A stretch of 62,863 nucleotides of DNA, filler included, from Conidiobolus incongruus B7586 (lineage: Eukaryota), in assembly GCA_000697335.1 (NCBI GenBank). It is 6 parts of 6 records of this genome, joined end to end, with 100 filler letters (N's around TTAATTAATTAA, not from the genome) between each part and the next. Parts side by side here need not be neighbours in the genome. Positions count along the whole stretch, not along the records: positions 23,754 to 32,743 come from JNEM01006483.1; positions 32,844 to 50,420 come from JNEM01006487.1; 4 more parts are not named here. One strand, 5' to 3'. Shown piece by piece: positions 27,010 to 43,120 of the stretch. Both the position numbers and the translations under genes were made by a program. Numbering within the stretch: position 1 is the stretch's first letter; the number at the start of each line of letters is the position of its first letter. The notes below the pieces were generated by a model. It saw only the letters and a program-made list of their open reading frames with translations. It made no database searches and was not told where the DNA came from.

Positions 27010-27773
27010 CGCTTGTATCGAACCTTGATCATCGCCACTCCCCCTCCAAAAGACCTCCGAAAAGCTTGGCAAAATCTCTTTGGCCACTCTTACGATAGTA
27101 CACAATACCAAAATAAAGAGAAACGGGATTGAAAACAGTCAAATGAAGAAGCACAAAGTAACTTTTACCTTACTACCATTATTGTTTGCTAATCTGTATT
27201 TAGTTCTTGAGCTGATAGTGAAATACTCAATGTTAAGGCTTAACCAATTGGGATCGTAAGTAAATATTAACTATTTTGTTAGGGACCTCTACGAGAATTA
27301 CAAGGTCATTGACCAAATGAGTCATGATCACCAGATACTTAAAAATCAAAAAGAAAATGCCGAGTAGCGAGCTGAATCAGCATTGGAGTTAATTGATTCA
27401 ATTATCAGCTTCTCTACTTCAAGAAGATGTTACAATACCGGTAACGTTCTCCACGCAAGGCCTCTTAAGTTCATATGCTTATTTTTATCGATATTTTAAC
27501 CCACATCCATATGCTTGAACAGACATGGGGTTACCTCTGATGTTGAACCACCTAGGTAGGTACATCTATCTTTGTTTTTGATGAGTCTATTAACTTCATT
27601 TTGAAAAAAGCAGGGCTAGAGCTACTGAGGAGCCTAACTCTGAAAGCTGGGACGGATCTTCTGACGAGTACTTTACCAGTATTTATCAAAATGAGGATAA
27701 TAAAAGAGTTTTATGTATATGACGGTGCGTCTGAAGCTGCCGCCTTAGATTCACCAAAAGATGCTTATTACTA
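27010..27773 (+). pseudogene. Possible spliced pseudogene of unknown family
   Basis: GC-enriched blocks separated by intron-like segments (GTAAGT...TTAAC...TTAG; GTAGGT...TTAAC...GCAG). Reading frames are interrupted by stops. Confidence 0.35.
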
Positions 27774-28609
27774 ACCAATATATCAATCAAATGGGTTAGT
27801 AATAGTTAGTTTAAAAGGCAAATGATTACTGTTGCAATGCATATTTTAAATATACATTGCTCAATAAAATTCATTACGGGAAATAAATTATTATTTAATT
27901 CTTTATCTTTTTTAAGTTTTTTAAGTTACATTATATTATTGTTTATGAATCCTTTAAACAAAGTCGAAGAATGAAAACACAGTTAAAATTATACCTATAT
28001 TCAAATTAGAAAATTAAAGAATTAAATACAATGGTGAGTGCCGTTAACAAAAATTTTTAACATTAAAACAAATTCAGCAATTAGTTGGATGATGAATACT
28101 ATGTTAAAAATTACTTGAAAGAAATTTATATTGCAGTTAGTAAGATTTAAAAATGTTTAGTATCTCAAGTTAAAAAGGAATCAATAATTAAGAAAATGTA
28201 TTTAAGATTAATAAATGTAATCAAATTATAAATTACTTTTGATTACTAGATTACTTTAAAGCTGTAATTTAAATTAAATGTGATCCCAAATTGACATGGT
28301 TAAGTTGTCAAATATGATTTTAAGATGAAAAATATTGAGCTACATCCAAACCACGTTAAAAATAATTAAATATCATTTATTGATACTAATACAAATCTCA
28401 TAATTTTACGTGGTGATGAAATCAATATTTGAATTCCATATGGTTAATGGTGAAATTTAATTTGGAATTTATATAAAGATATTGCAAACACCCTTTTTAT
28501 AAATGACCATAATAAAATTCAACTAGTGACTACTTTTAATACAAATTATTAAATTCCTATTAATAAAGTTGTCTATAAAAAGATGTTCAATGGTTTTAAT
28601 AAAGGTAAA

Positions 28610-29460
28610 GTAACTAGTCTCGCTTGAGCTAAATCTATATACGAATCTAGATTTGATGCATCCAACTGCTATATAAATAGCAGTTAGAATAGTTTAATAT
28701 ATATAGTGCCACCTTATCAACCTGTATTGATATATATATAGAGTTGAACTCTTTTTTCAACTCAGTATTTAGACGAAAAGAGCTTTTGGAAACTATCTGT
28801 AGTGGTATATATAAATGTATGTTACCCTTTATTCATACTTGAAGTTAGATGAAAAATTATCTTAATATAAATCTTATCTAATATATAAAAATAATATCGT
28901 TATTAACTTTTGTCATTAATTATCTTTACATATATAATTTTTTCAATTTTGACTTGAGTATTTAAAATTTTTTTATAAGTCTATCATATTAATATGGTTT
29001 TATATTATCTTGGTGTTTCAACTGTTCAAGTTGATACATTAATTCTTAATGTTTCAAGAGAATAAATTTTAATTTATACTGGCTTATAATTAAGGTATAT
29101 TAAATTTATTACTATATTGAATCAAAATTGTAACACAAACAGTAACAATTTTATTTATATTTTCCATAATTGAGTTTAAAATATAAAATATTTTTATACT
29201 TGAAAAAAAAAGTTTAACAAACTATGTTATATATTTTAAATTGATATTTAATATATGCTAATCAGACCGCTAGGTCTCAGTGGCATTCAAAATATTTCTT
29301 AATTTTTCAAAAATAAATATACTCTATACTATTTAACTCTTCTTTGGAGCTTGAGACATGTGTTTATTTCCTGTGGTTGTTTTGATGGAAAGCTTCAAAG
29401 CTAGATATATTGGTTAAAATTTTGTTTAAGAAGCCGCGATACCTGATTGGGCTAGTATAC
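28610..29460. ncRNA. Candidate structured non-coding RNA, class unknown
   Basis: No ORF. Terminal helix 28610-28620/29449-29460 plus at least six internal inverted repeats. G-U wobbles mostly favour the + strand. Confidence 0.3.
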
Positions 29461-29591
29461 TAAAAATATTTTGATATCTTAATATTAGATATCTTTGTAG
29501 TTAACTAATCTATTCATTTATTTTTATGTCCAAATTATTTTCATCAATTTTAGTTTTAAGACTGAAATAGTAAGGAATAAAAATTAAACTA

Positions 29592-29614
29592 TCCCATAAC
29601 TTTAATCCCATAAT
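29592..29614 (+). promoter_or_regulatory. Tandem TCCCATAA promoter element (2 copies) upstream of MRPS16
   Basis: The same oriented motif lies upstream of the other seven housekeeping genes (see findings). Confidence 0.6.
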
Positions 29615-29700
29615 TCTACTTATATAAATTAAATTGGAACATATAAATAATTCATTATCTGATAATAATATATAAAAAAATAAAAATAAGATAATCAAAT

Positions 29701-30063
29701 ATGGTACTTAAAATCAGACTCGCGAAAGGAGGATGCCACAAACGTCCCTTGTATCAAGTTGTCTTGGCTCATATTAGATCACCCAGAGATCGCCAACATG
29801 TAGAAAAATTAGGTTATTATGACCCACTTCCAAACAAAGATGGCGTTAAACAAATAGCGCTTAACGTTTCTCGCGTTAAATACTGGATTGGCAACAATGT
29901 TCAAGTATCCGATACCGCTCATAAAATATTGGCTAAGGTAATACATTTTAAACTCAATTAGATAATTCTATTAATAAAACTTTAGGCTGGTTTATTACCT
30001 CCAAAACCCTTTAACCAATATCAACAAGCCGCTTTAAAGTTAGCTGAGGATAAAAGAAACTAA
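29701..30063 (+). CDS. MRPS16: Mitochondrial ribosomal protein bS16m
   Basis: MVLKIRLAKGGCHKRPLY...EKLGYYDP...RVKYWIG. Intron 29938-29985 restores AK|AGLLPPKP. Stop at 30061-30063. Confidence 0.95.
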
Positions 30064-32843
30064 ATTTCTATTATTTAATTAGACAATATAATAGACATTA
30101 AACTATGTTAATTTCTCTTGACTTATATATAAAATATTTCATCGGATTTTAAAGGTTGAAGTATATAGTTTAATATCAATTTACAAGTTTTTTATAAATT
30201 TTTATCTTGTTTTAACCGATATTAACGTAATTTTTTAACAACGAATTAAATAGTTTTTGTATAGCTGAGTCAATAAAATTTGTAAACAGTATATTACTCT
30301 AAAATACTTAACTTTGGAAATATCAACCATAATTTTTTTATTAATTTATTTTAATTTTTTTATTCTTAATATATATATATATACTAGTTGATTAATTGAT
30401 ATTATGATGTATTAATTTGATTGAAAATATATTATAATTACGAATATAAAACATTAAAATTGATCAATTGAAAAAACTTTTAGGACAAGTGAATTAATAT
30501 CAATTATATATATGTACGCAGAGTTATAATTAACATATTTTATAATAATAAATTTATATCAAATATGATTCATTACATTCAAGATATATTATATATTTCG
30601 AATTCTGAATTCTTTATAATTATGACTTAAAAAACTTTCTTAATACTACAATCATTATAATTATTTTAATAAATTTATCAAATACTACCATCATTTATAA
30701 ATTATATAATAGAGTAACAAAGAAATTACTTATAATTTGTAATCAAATCTTAATACTAAACATTCTACTAATGACAACTAAATCCAAAAAATATTATCAA
30801 TGCATTAACTAATATAGTCAATATAATTAATTATGAACCATTAAAATTGCATTAAATAGTATGTTTCAAATAATAAGTTAATCAATATATTAAAAATTTC
30901 AAAATTATAAATCAAAAATAAGAAAGGTGATATTAACTGAGGTAACAATATAATATTGAATTTTGTTATCTGAATCATACATAATCAAAAATATATTCAT
31001 AATTCTATTTATCTATATTTAATTAAAATTCTGTAAATTATTATTTTCATTTTTTTATCAATTATTGAATGTATTTAATATGTGTCAACATTATATTATT
31101 ATTATTAATGTTAATCTAATATTCTATCAATATATTTAGTAGTTTAATTTTTTATTTAACTATGTTATCGATTCAATTATATATGAAATAATTAAATTTT
31201 CATATTAAAATTGTTGGAGATTAAATTCATTTGAGTAATATATATCATTTAAATTTTTTGCATATTATAAAATATAAATGGCCAAAATTATCATGAACAG
31301 AAAGTAATTGTGATTTTATGTTAATAATCAATATCTTTGAAGATGATAGTAGAAGATTAGAATATTTTTTATTTTATTGATATAGAATAAATTATACCAA
31401 TTTAATTAAATTGAACAGATGAATTATTGATGTTTTAAAATTTGAACTATTAATTAATAATCAAAGAAATCATTCGAATAATTTCAAATCCTCTAATATT
31501 GCCCTAATTCAAAGATTTATTTAGAATTATGGCTTTAACGATAATCTATCCGAAATATATAACTTTATATATAGGCAATTATATTTAAATCCATTTGGCA
31601 TGAGTATAACAACAGGTTGGAAAGAATTTCCATCTTTATTATACTATATTATAATACAAAATATTTATGAAAACAAACTTTCAGAGAGGATATAATAACT
31701 ATTAATGATACAATACATACTGAATAATAAAACCTAACTATATGCTTATTTTAAAATTTTACATTTTATTTTATTATGAATAATGATATTAAAAATATTA
31801 TAAATTTAAAGTAAATAGTTATAAAATAGATAATAATATTATATAAACCTTTTATAAGAATAAAAAAGGTAAATAATACTATCAAATTAGCAATTATAAC
31901 AAGATTAAATAATTTTAATTGGGAATTTTAATAATCTATAATATATTTAGAACTAAAATATAAGATCTGCTGTACTAGACTTATATATATTATTACGATA
32001 AAAATCTAATATATATATATATAATGATTCATTCTATATCATTATTTCCTTGATAAATAACTTACTAATATATATAATCATTATATTTTTTATAAAATAT
32101 AATATACTAGCCGAAAATTAAAAATTATTATAAGAAAAGAAATATTGTAATTTACATTCATCTCTAGAATACTTTAATGCAAATTATATCAAGTAATATA
32201 ATATAATGCTTTACTTATGTTATATATTTATCTAATAAAAACTAAATTAAATAAAAAATTTGATTTTTATAAAGAAATAATTTCAACAATCATTTAATTA
32301 ATTGAAATTGCTAATTTTAATTATAAAGTCATTTTATGTCTGAATTTTATTATATGTTTGTCTATTATGTCACTTTTCAAAAGAGGTTAGTTTATATCTA
32401 TAAAAGCCAATAATTACATCAAATATTAAAATTATTAAAACAAATCAATAAATGATATTTATAATTTTATATTATTCACTAATTAATAGAATCATTATTA
32501 TTATAGATTAATTAGGTTAAATACATCTTTATTAAATATTTATATCTGATATATATAGTGATAATTTCTGAATTTTAATCTATTAAATTTAATATATAAA
32601 AGATTAATATTATTATAAAATATTAATAGCCATATATTGAACAATTATTTAAATATTTAATAAATATATAGTAAATTTTAAATGATTAATAGTTTAATAT
32701 ATATTAGCTTATAAAAATAAGTTATAAAATTAAAATTATTTATNNNNNNNNNNNNNNNNNNNNNNNNNNNNNNNNNNNNNNNNNNNNTTAATTAATTAAN
32801 NNNNNNNNNNNNNNNNNNNNNNNNNNNNNNNNNNNNNNNNNNN

Positions 32844-33300
32844 AATATATTTATATTTATAATTAATGTTTATAATATAAATTTTTATTGAATAATTAAA
32901 AATATGTTAATTTATTAATAATATTTAACTGGTGTTTTATTATAAATTAATAATCATTATTATTTAATACAATAATTATAAATATATTAAGTTAAAAGTA
33001 TAAAAGAATTTTAATTAAAAATAGAGAAAATTACCATATTTAGTATACTTACTAAATTACAAATTATATAACTAAAATTAATTTAAGCAATTAAAAAATA
33101 TACATAAAAAAGAAAATTTCTGCAAACAAAATTAATTAATTTGTGAAACATTAAATTTCTAACCCTAATAAAATAAAAAAATTATTAAGTATTAAAGATT
33201 TGCCAAAAGTATGGCAAAAAGATAATAATAACAAAAAGGAGTATTAATTTTATAGTAATTATTCATTTTGCTAAAACATAAATTATTAATTATAAATATA
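32844..33300 (+). mobile_element. Degenerate mariner, 3' part
   Basis: Colinear with 8560-8992, including ...DLPKVWQKDNNNKKEY*. Abuts a gap. Confidence 0.75.
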
Positions 33301-33538
33301 ATTTAGAATCGATTTTTAATAATATGATTATATATAAAATTTAGTAATAATAATTTTATAAATTATTGGAATGATTTTTAAATAAATATTATTTTTTTTT
33401 TAAAAAAAATTTATAAGTTAGTATATGGAATTAAAAATATAATTTAATAATATTATTAAAATAAATTTATAAATTTAAAATAAGATATTGATTTTTAAAA
33501 ATTATTAAAAAATTATTGTATTAATTATAAAATAAAAT

Positions 33539-34498
33539 TTAAGAATTTTGCGAGTGTTCAAAAGCTTTGTCAAATTGAGAATCCATCATCATATTCTCTA
33601 TTTTTTGCCACTGCTTAATTTTTTCCAGTAATTGATCCCTAGAGCGTTGGGGAAATTCAGCTATTTGACTTTCAAATATTCGAGTGCTTCTCAATTTGAT
33701 ACTCTGCAATAGCTGAGAGCATTGTCCAAATGCTTTGTTAATTTGATTCTCAGGCGATGGGAATACGAGATTGGCTATATGGCCAGATACGTATATGAGG
33801 TCGAAAGCAATTTGGCGAAGGTATAATGTGATTTGATATGGAGTTTTAGTAACCAGTAAACTTGTCAATAATGGGAATTTGATGTGACCTAACATAACAC
33901 CTAATTCAATGGTAGCTAAAGCTCCAAGTATTAGCAACTTCCAAAACAAATTAGATTGAAACCCGATTAAAACATAAATGCCTATAAAGAATAAAGAACC
34001 GAGGTAAAAAATTACCATATCAAAGCAATGATGCCACATAAAATCTTTGAGCATTTTACAACTTTTACAATCGAGACCTCTGTCTCCCAAAACATCGTAG
34101 ATATATCGTTTAGTGGAATGTTTTAAAACTTCGTAACTATTACTCAATCTTAAGTAAATATGCTCGTAATTGGGATTTTTGTCAGGATGGTAGTAGAGTG
34201 AATATTGGTTGAATAACTTTTTTAAATCGCGTTCCCGAAATTGAGTTCGACTGATACCTAGGATTTCATAGTGGTTGGGCTCCATAGAAATGTGGACTTG
34301 GTACAAGTTATATAGCATGTAACCTAAGGTCATGAGTATGAAACAGAGAACAAAATTGCGATAGTATTTGGAGCTTCCAGGATATGGAATTTGGCTAGGA
34401 TGGTAAATATAAGGATGTACATAGTGTAAAAAGTGTTGAACCATTGTAGGTAAATAACTGACTACTAGAAAACTTGTAGCGTATGATCCTACTCCCAT
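33539..34498 (-). CDS. Membrane-associated DnaJ-domain protein
   Basis: J-domain (NHYEILGI...YHPDKNP...YEVLK...RYIYD) flanked by TM segments. Intronless 319 aa. Confidence 0.9.
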   Translation of the reverse strand: MGVGSYATSFLVVSYLPTMVQHFLHYVHPYIYHPSQIPYPGSSKYYRNFVLCFILMTLGYMLYNLYQVHISMEPNHYEILGISRTQFRERDLKKLFNQYSLYYHPDKNPNYEHIYLRLSNSYEVLKHSTKRYIYDVLGDRGLDCKSCKMLKDFMWHHCFDMVIFYLGSLFFIGIYVLIGFQSNLFWKLLILGALATIELGVMLGHIKFPLLTSLLVTKTPYQITLYLRQIAFDLIYVSGHIANLVFPSPENQINKAFGQCSQLLQSIKLRSTRIFESQIAEFPQRSRDQLLEKIKQWQKIENMMMDSQFDKAFEHSQNS

Positions 34499-35006
34499 TT
34501 TTGACTATTTTCAATGATTATTAAATATCTGACTCTTTATTTTGATTGATTATTCTATTAATACTTAAAATACCAAAAAGAAATTATTATGGGAAATAAA
34601 ATAAAATTCGAAATGACCAATTAAATTATTAAACATCATTTTTTAAAAAAAAATGGGAAATTTTAAGTAAAAACATTTTCAAAACAATAATTTAAAACAT
34701 TAATAACAAAATAGGAAAATCAATCAAAAATATAATTTTAAATATGAAAAATAAAATTAAAAGGTTTGAAAATTTAGATTAAATAAAATGAATAAAATAA
34801 TGATATAAATCAAATTGAAAAAAAATTGATATATTATTTAAAAATTGAGTTAATAGTATTGAAAATTATAAAATCTTTTCTATCCATAATCGATAAATTC
34901 CACCCAAAATTAGTAATTAAAACTTAAACTGTTTCATTCAAGATAATATTAAATAATAAATTTAAATGAAAAATGAAAAAAAAATCTATTAAAATCAAAA
35001 AATAAA

Positions 35007-36660
<1,654 letters not shown>

Positions 36661-39600
36661 AATTATTTCAAATCAATAATAAATTTTTTAGTAATAAAAA
36701 CTGAATTAATTAAATAATATTTTTAAAAACTTTATAATATATATATATATATATATATATAATTTTTAATTTATATTTTCAATTTATATGTTTTTTTTTT
36801 CTCAAAAAAAATTTAATCAAAATGATATAAGTTTAAATTATATTGAATTTTAATTATATTCTCATACCTTATTTGTTTTATTAAGTTTGTGCATTATTGA
36901 ATTTATGGGATTATTTGCTGTGCAGAAATGTTTTAGTTTTGTTGATTCGAATATTAAATCAAAGTGATATCATGTTCATTTAATGAATTTTGATATGTCA
37001 ATTTGGTATACTGTTAATTATTAATTTAACAATATTATAACTATTAAAAATTTACAAAATTTATATTAAAGAAATACTCTTCAAAACTCATTAAATTCTC
37101 TCCATTATTATTTATTCAAAAATATTCAATTATATGAAATTTCAATAAACTATTAATTTTTTTTTATAATTTAGGATATTTTGGCTTAAACGAAATATTA
37201 CAATAATAGTTTTTATAATTAAATAATTAATAATTAATAATTAATTTTATATTACATTCGATTCTATTGAATATATAATCAATTTAATAATTCAATTAAT
37301 TTAAATTTTGATATAATTGGTATAACTATTTGAATCTTTTCTAATATTCAAGTGCTGAGAATAAACAAATCATCATATTATTATAAATTGCCAAATAAAT
37401 TATAATTTTGTACTAATATATAGTGAATTAATATCTGATTTGCCAATTAATTGTGGCATAATTATCAAAATTTCTTGGTACTTTTTGAGATTTAAAATTA
37501 TTCAGGGTTATTAATTTAATATATTGTGCTAGTTATAAATAACTTATATATTTTATTATGGTATAATACAAAACTTGAAATTATCACAATAAAATATTTT
37601 CAATTATTCAAAGTAGATATATAATTGTACATTCTTTAAATAATGAAGTAGTGAATAATATTATGTAATCAAATGTTATATTACTTGAAATTTTTAATAA
37701 ATCGAAAATTTTCTTAATTTAGTTAATTTTATTAAATTAAATTTTAAAAATTATGTAATATTATGAATCAATATAATCAAAATAATTTAAATAAATATAT
37801 TAAATCATTAAAATTTATTTGTTTCTATAATTGATTAATTAATAAAGTTAATAATTTTTTGATAAAATTTATTAATAGTATGTATCCTGAGGTTTTTAAT
37901 CAATAAGATTCCCAATGGTAGTATAATTAGAATACAAGTGGCCTGTTTAAAGTTAGATTGTGCAACTGATGTGTTTTCTGAAAAGATAATAAATCTGATT
38001 CAAAATCTCTAATAATTTTTGAGCTGAGTTATTTAATTTATGATACATTCATAGTTCTTCAAATTTATAATCAATATTTGATTTGAGATTGTTTTAAGGT
38101 ATATTAAGCTAGATTAATATGATTAAGATAGCAAATATAATCATCCCTTTATTGACTGTAATTTTTTCTTATATATTGGTAAACTTTTTAGGTAGAGTAT
38201 ATTAAAAACAATACTTATTTTTGGATGGTGTCAACTCGACTATGCTATTTTATAAATTGAGCTTTTTAAATATAATATGATTTGAAAAATCAATATGAAA
38301 TCATAACAAGTCAAAATATGTCAAAAACTTTATTTGCTTGTAACAATATTTAATTGCACTCTTGGATATTGATACAAAACAAAATAATTGACAAAATAAT
38401 GAATTTTAACATAGTCATGATTTGTATGAAAAGGAGAAAACTCTTTGTAGATGTATGATGTTAATTTATGATAGATTATCAACTATACTAAAATTATCTT
38501 CAAACTATACAGAAAATTTTTTCAATTTTATTTCTACTGAATTAAATTTTTATAATTACGCTTATTCTTTACAATATTTTCATTTGAAATTTGCATAGGG
38601 AAATAAATTAGTATTCTCAAGTTCTGAACTTGCTGTAGAAAATAACTTTGGTTGGTCGCAATTTGTAATAAATATATTAATCCAAATTGCAGTGATAGAA
38701 ATTTGGACGAGTTTGAGATAGGTAGTGCAATGGAAGCAACTGCGCATAAGATTATTATAATGATATTAGATTAGGCCATGGTCGAAAAACATCCCATGAA
38801 ATTTATGCAATTCAGGTTATAAAGACTCAATCTATCTTATACAAAGCTGATATTAGTTACAGCTATTTTTATTGCTTAGCCTAAAACGAGAACATCATTA
38901 CTCCAGTTATTGGTTCTTGTTTCTGGTAGTAAATACAATAACACATGATTTTTTGATGCATGATGATCTTAATTATTACTAAAAAATCAATCCGTCTGAG
39001 AGAATAATTTAACAAGTCCAATAATGAGCCAATTAAATTCATTGCCCTATTATTCTATACAGTACTTAAATATATATTATCAAAATAAGTTTTTATGTTA
39101 CCTTGATATATCTTAATAACCTTAATGATTAATATAATTCAATTCTATTTGATTAAGTTTCCAATGAAATTTATCATGTTTCAAACCCCCATATGTTAAA
39201 TAAAACTATCACAATTCATAAAATATATTGGTTGAATTATAATAAAATAAATTTATTTTTTGCGTATCATTAGCTATAGATTCAATATTGGTGAATATAA
39301 TTTAATTTCAATTTCATTGACAAGGTTAATATATTGCCAATGGGTCTTATTAAAATATTAAAATATTTTTTTTAAATTAAATAATTCAATTTGTCTAAAA
39401 ATAAATCACTGGTAAGATTTTAAAAGTATAATTTTTTGAATAATTAATTTAGTATCAAGTATTATCCTAAATGGTTGTAATAATTGAATTAAATATAATT
39501 CAATATATCTTGAAGTAAATAGTATTTCAAATGTTATTAAAATAGTTAAATGAAAATAACATGAATGTAGTGTATAATTTGATTGGAATCGAATATAATT

Positions 39601-40336
39601 TAAAATTGAAAGTACTTGATTGAAATGCTATCTATAAATTAATGCTGAACAGATGAATCTCGTGAGAATAAAATGAAAATTTGAGCTGAGGTAGGAGTGG
39701 AAAGGCCAACGTATTCAATATAGTTCAAAATTTCATTTTCAATATATTAATAATTATTGCAATTATTAGAAAAAATTACTTCAATATTAGTATTAAATGG
39801 ATTGTTAAAAACCGATTTAAAATCAGTATAGTTGATTATTTTCACCGTTTTAAATTGGACTTAAAATATTAATTGAATTTACAAAAGACTGAAAAATGAA
39901 ATATATCTGATTAATGAATAAATATTAACTCAATAATAGATGCAATATTGGATGAATGTGGATATATAAAAATTCAATACATGAAAGTAGATATTTTTTA
40001 ACTATCAATTCATTCAATAGAGCTTAACCCTCTTCATACTCCTTAATAAATATATTAATAACATCCAATTTAGAAATATTATTGGAATTATCTTTGAAAT
40101 GGTTCAAGACACCACAATAAGGCTAAATCATTAAACTTATTGAACAATAATAAAACTGAAAAAACTAGGAATTACCTTAATAATTTATTAATAAATTATC
40201 ATATATTCCAAATTCTAATAAACCTCTAACTATTTAAAATCAAGCCAATTGTACTAAATCAAAACAAAACAAAAAAGCAATATACTTATAATGTTTAGCT
40301 CACCAAAAAGCTAACACGCTCTTTTAAAAATTTACA

Positions 40337-40490
40337 ACTTTAAAATGAATTTTGAATTCAAGCATAGAGTTGGCTGGAAATGGAGGAGATCTCCCCCAAT
40401 AAGTTCGTCACGTTCAAGTTAACGCATTTCTTGAGCTCTTTACTCTTTGCCCAAAGAATTGGAATTAAGATAAGTGTTACATTCACTCAT
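40337..40490 (-). pseudogene. Possible dead ORF directly downstream of the Harbinger insertion
   Basis: TATATAAA (minus strand, 40570-40577), pyrimidine-rich leader, ATG at 40490, MSECNTYLNSNSLGKE*RAQEMR*LERDELIGGDLLHFQPTLC with two TAA stops. The 3' end is approximate. Confidence 0.3.
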
Positions 40491-40579
40491 TTTCAATTCC
40501 AAAATAACGTTAAACAAAGTATAATAAACAAAGGAAGGGAGAGAAAAACTTAAGAAAATTGAACTCCGATTTATATATT

Positions 40580-43120
40580 GGGCCAACTCAAATCTGTCCT
40601 AATTACTGATTTTCCCAGTTTTTTCAATAAATGTTAAAAATGTGCTCAAATGTGACCTAAAAAAGAAAATTCAGTGACTTTTTCCCACAATCTACTTTAA
40701 AATAGTTGTAACCATAATAAAGTCTTTCAATTATTCTTCTTATCAAGTCAAAAATATATAGTATTTATTGAAATGATCTTATTAGTTTTATTTTTTTACT
40801 ATGTTTAGCACAAAAGAAATGATAGAGTTCCTTATTATCTTTGGTATAGTTAACTTTAATAAGAACTTAAATAATCCAGCAATTTTAAGATTATTATATA
40901 AATTGAAAATCTCAAGATATATATCTCTATGCTTGTTATATATATTATACTTGCTATACTAGTTTATACATGAACTTCCTTCTAAAAAAATGATTTTAAA
41001 AGATGGATGAGGATACCAAAGGCTAAGTTTTTCCAACTTGCTAATATTTTACAATTATATATAAATTTCATTTCTTCTTATTAAAGAAAATAAACACCTT
41101 TAGAAATTCAATTAACAATTACATTTTACCAACTAAGTCACAAAAAAGCATGTTTAAAAAGTATAACAGAAAAGTGTTGAATAAAAGAAGGAATTATTAT
41201 TTTATATATTAAAAGGGTAATATACTTTATTAAAAAAAAACCTAAATGATCAAATAATTTGTTTAGAATATAATCATAATATAAAAGAATCTTATTTAGA
41301 ATAACTCCTCTTTAATAATTATATTGGTTATTTCAATAATAGTGATATTATATTTGAAGATTATTTTATATTTTGTACCTAGCTATATTATAATAGAAAA
41401 AACATATATAGCCTTTAATATATAACTTTTATATTATATTTAAATAGATTTATATATTTTAAGTTTAGAAAACTTAAATTATATAATAGCTTTAATATTT
41501 TAAAAGTATTTAAATTATTTAATAATTTAAATAAATATTTTAAACAAGTAGAATATATACTTACAAATAATAATAAATAATATAATTATTTCATACTTAA
41601 GTTAATTTATTATTAATAATAAATAAATATCTTTATTTAGTTTTTGTTTTTAATAGGTTATATTAATAATAAATTTATAGTTACTTTATTTTAAAGAGAT
41701 TAAATGAAAGCTACCTTATCTTTTATAAAGTAAAGAATAAAAGAATTCTATATTACATATAATAATAGGTAATTTATAATGGAAAAAAATTTTAATATTT
41801 GAAAAGCTGTCTTTCTTTGTTTAAGATTATTGTTTTATTATATACAAAATACAAAAGCTTATTAATTTGTTAATATACTTATATATATAATTACTTTCCT
41901 TTATAACTTTATTTCTCTTAATAAATTAAATTATAATTTAAAAAAAACTAAAAAAGAAATTAATGAAAATATTAATATTAATGATAATAAACAAAATATA
42001 ATCAATATACATAATGATTTTATTAATTTAAATAAATTACAAGTAATAATATCATTATAAATTAATACTTGGTTAACTATTTTAAATATATCCTTTTGAT
42101 TATTTATTTATTTTATAATAAAAATTATATATACTAATTACTCTTTTTAAAATTTCTTTATATTAATTATAAAAGTTTTTCAATTAAAAATTGTTGTTAT
42201 TCTAATAATTATAACTAATATTTTTTTTATAATTATTATAGCTTAATTTATTATTTTAAGATTTTATTTTGCTCTTATATATTTTTTTTAATAATTTTGA
42301 AAAAAGGGGAAAATTAAGTATTATTTCTTATATTTTTAAAGTTTTTACTTAAAAAAGATAATAAAATATAAAAGCTACAACTGTTTTATTCTTTATTATC
42401 TAAGGGATTTAATTCCTTAAAGTAAGATTAATTGTGTAATAAAAAAGCTATAAGAGTTATATTAAAGGCTTTAAAAACTAAATTATCTTATGTTATAACA
42501 ATATTAACTATTATAAACCAAAGGTTATTTCTACGATATTTATTTACTTATTAGAACTTGTTTAGCAGTTTTAAATTTATGAATAAGAGTTCTTATATGA
42601 TTAATTATTTTATCAATCTTTTTTCTCAACTTCATATAATTTACTCCTTTTAAAATAAAAATAAAGCTACATATTTGAAAAAAAGCATTTAACTTGTTAA
42701 AACACTAAAATTCATAGTTTTCCTTTTGCCTTAACTAATTAAATATAACTTTTATCAAATGTAGTTTAAGGGAGTCTTTATTATTATTACTAATATTAAT
42801 AATAGATGGTATAAAAGAAAAAAACAAGATAAAGTTTAAAAGTAGTGTTTTTACTAATAGATTTATGTGATATTTAATATAAAATAAAAATCAATTAATA
42901 TAGAATAAAGTTATACTGTTGTAAAATATAATAATAAACCAATAACTTTATTTTTATAGTGTATGGGAGAAAATGGTTGATTTCATAAATTAAAAAAATC
43001 AGTAAGCTATTTTTTCGTGACTAATTTTTTTGATTTTTATAGCTGCGTAACTAATTTTTTCTAAAACCAAAATTGGTCAAACTAAAAATTAGAAAAAGTG
43101 GGATAGATTTGAGTAGGCCC
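40580..43120 (+). mobile_element. Complete degenerate PIF/Harbinger DNA transposon (2541 bp)
   Basis: 22-bp TIRs, 19/22 match (GGGCCAACTCAAATCTGTCCTA / TGGGATAGATTTGAGTAGGCCC), 3-bp TSD ATT. Remnant DFKRWMRIPKAKFFQLANIL...TPLEIQLTITFYQL...IKEGIIILYIKRV...IGYFNNSDI resembles the Harbinger DDE transposase. Confidence 0.85.

Noticed and set aside
29510..29698. 62-aa ORF divergent from MRPS16, and a possible tiny spliced ORF (MNRLYTSPISFEAFHQNNHRK) further down the minus strand
   Set aside because: The ORF runs through promoter DNA with a non-ATG start. The spliced model is too short and relies on weak splice sites.
38600..39000. Mildly GC-enriched island
   Set aside because: No ORF, termini, TSD or recognisable motif on either strand.
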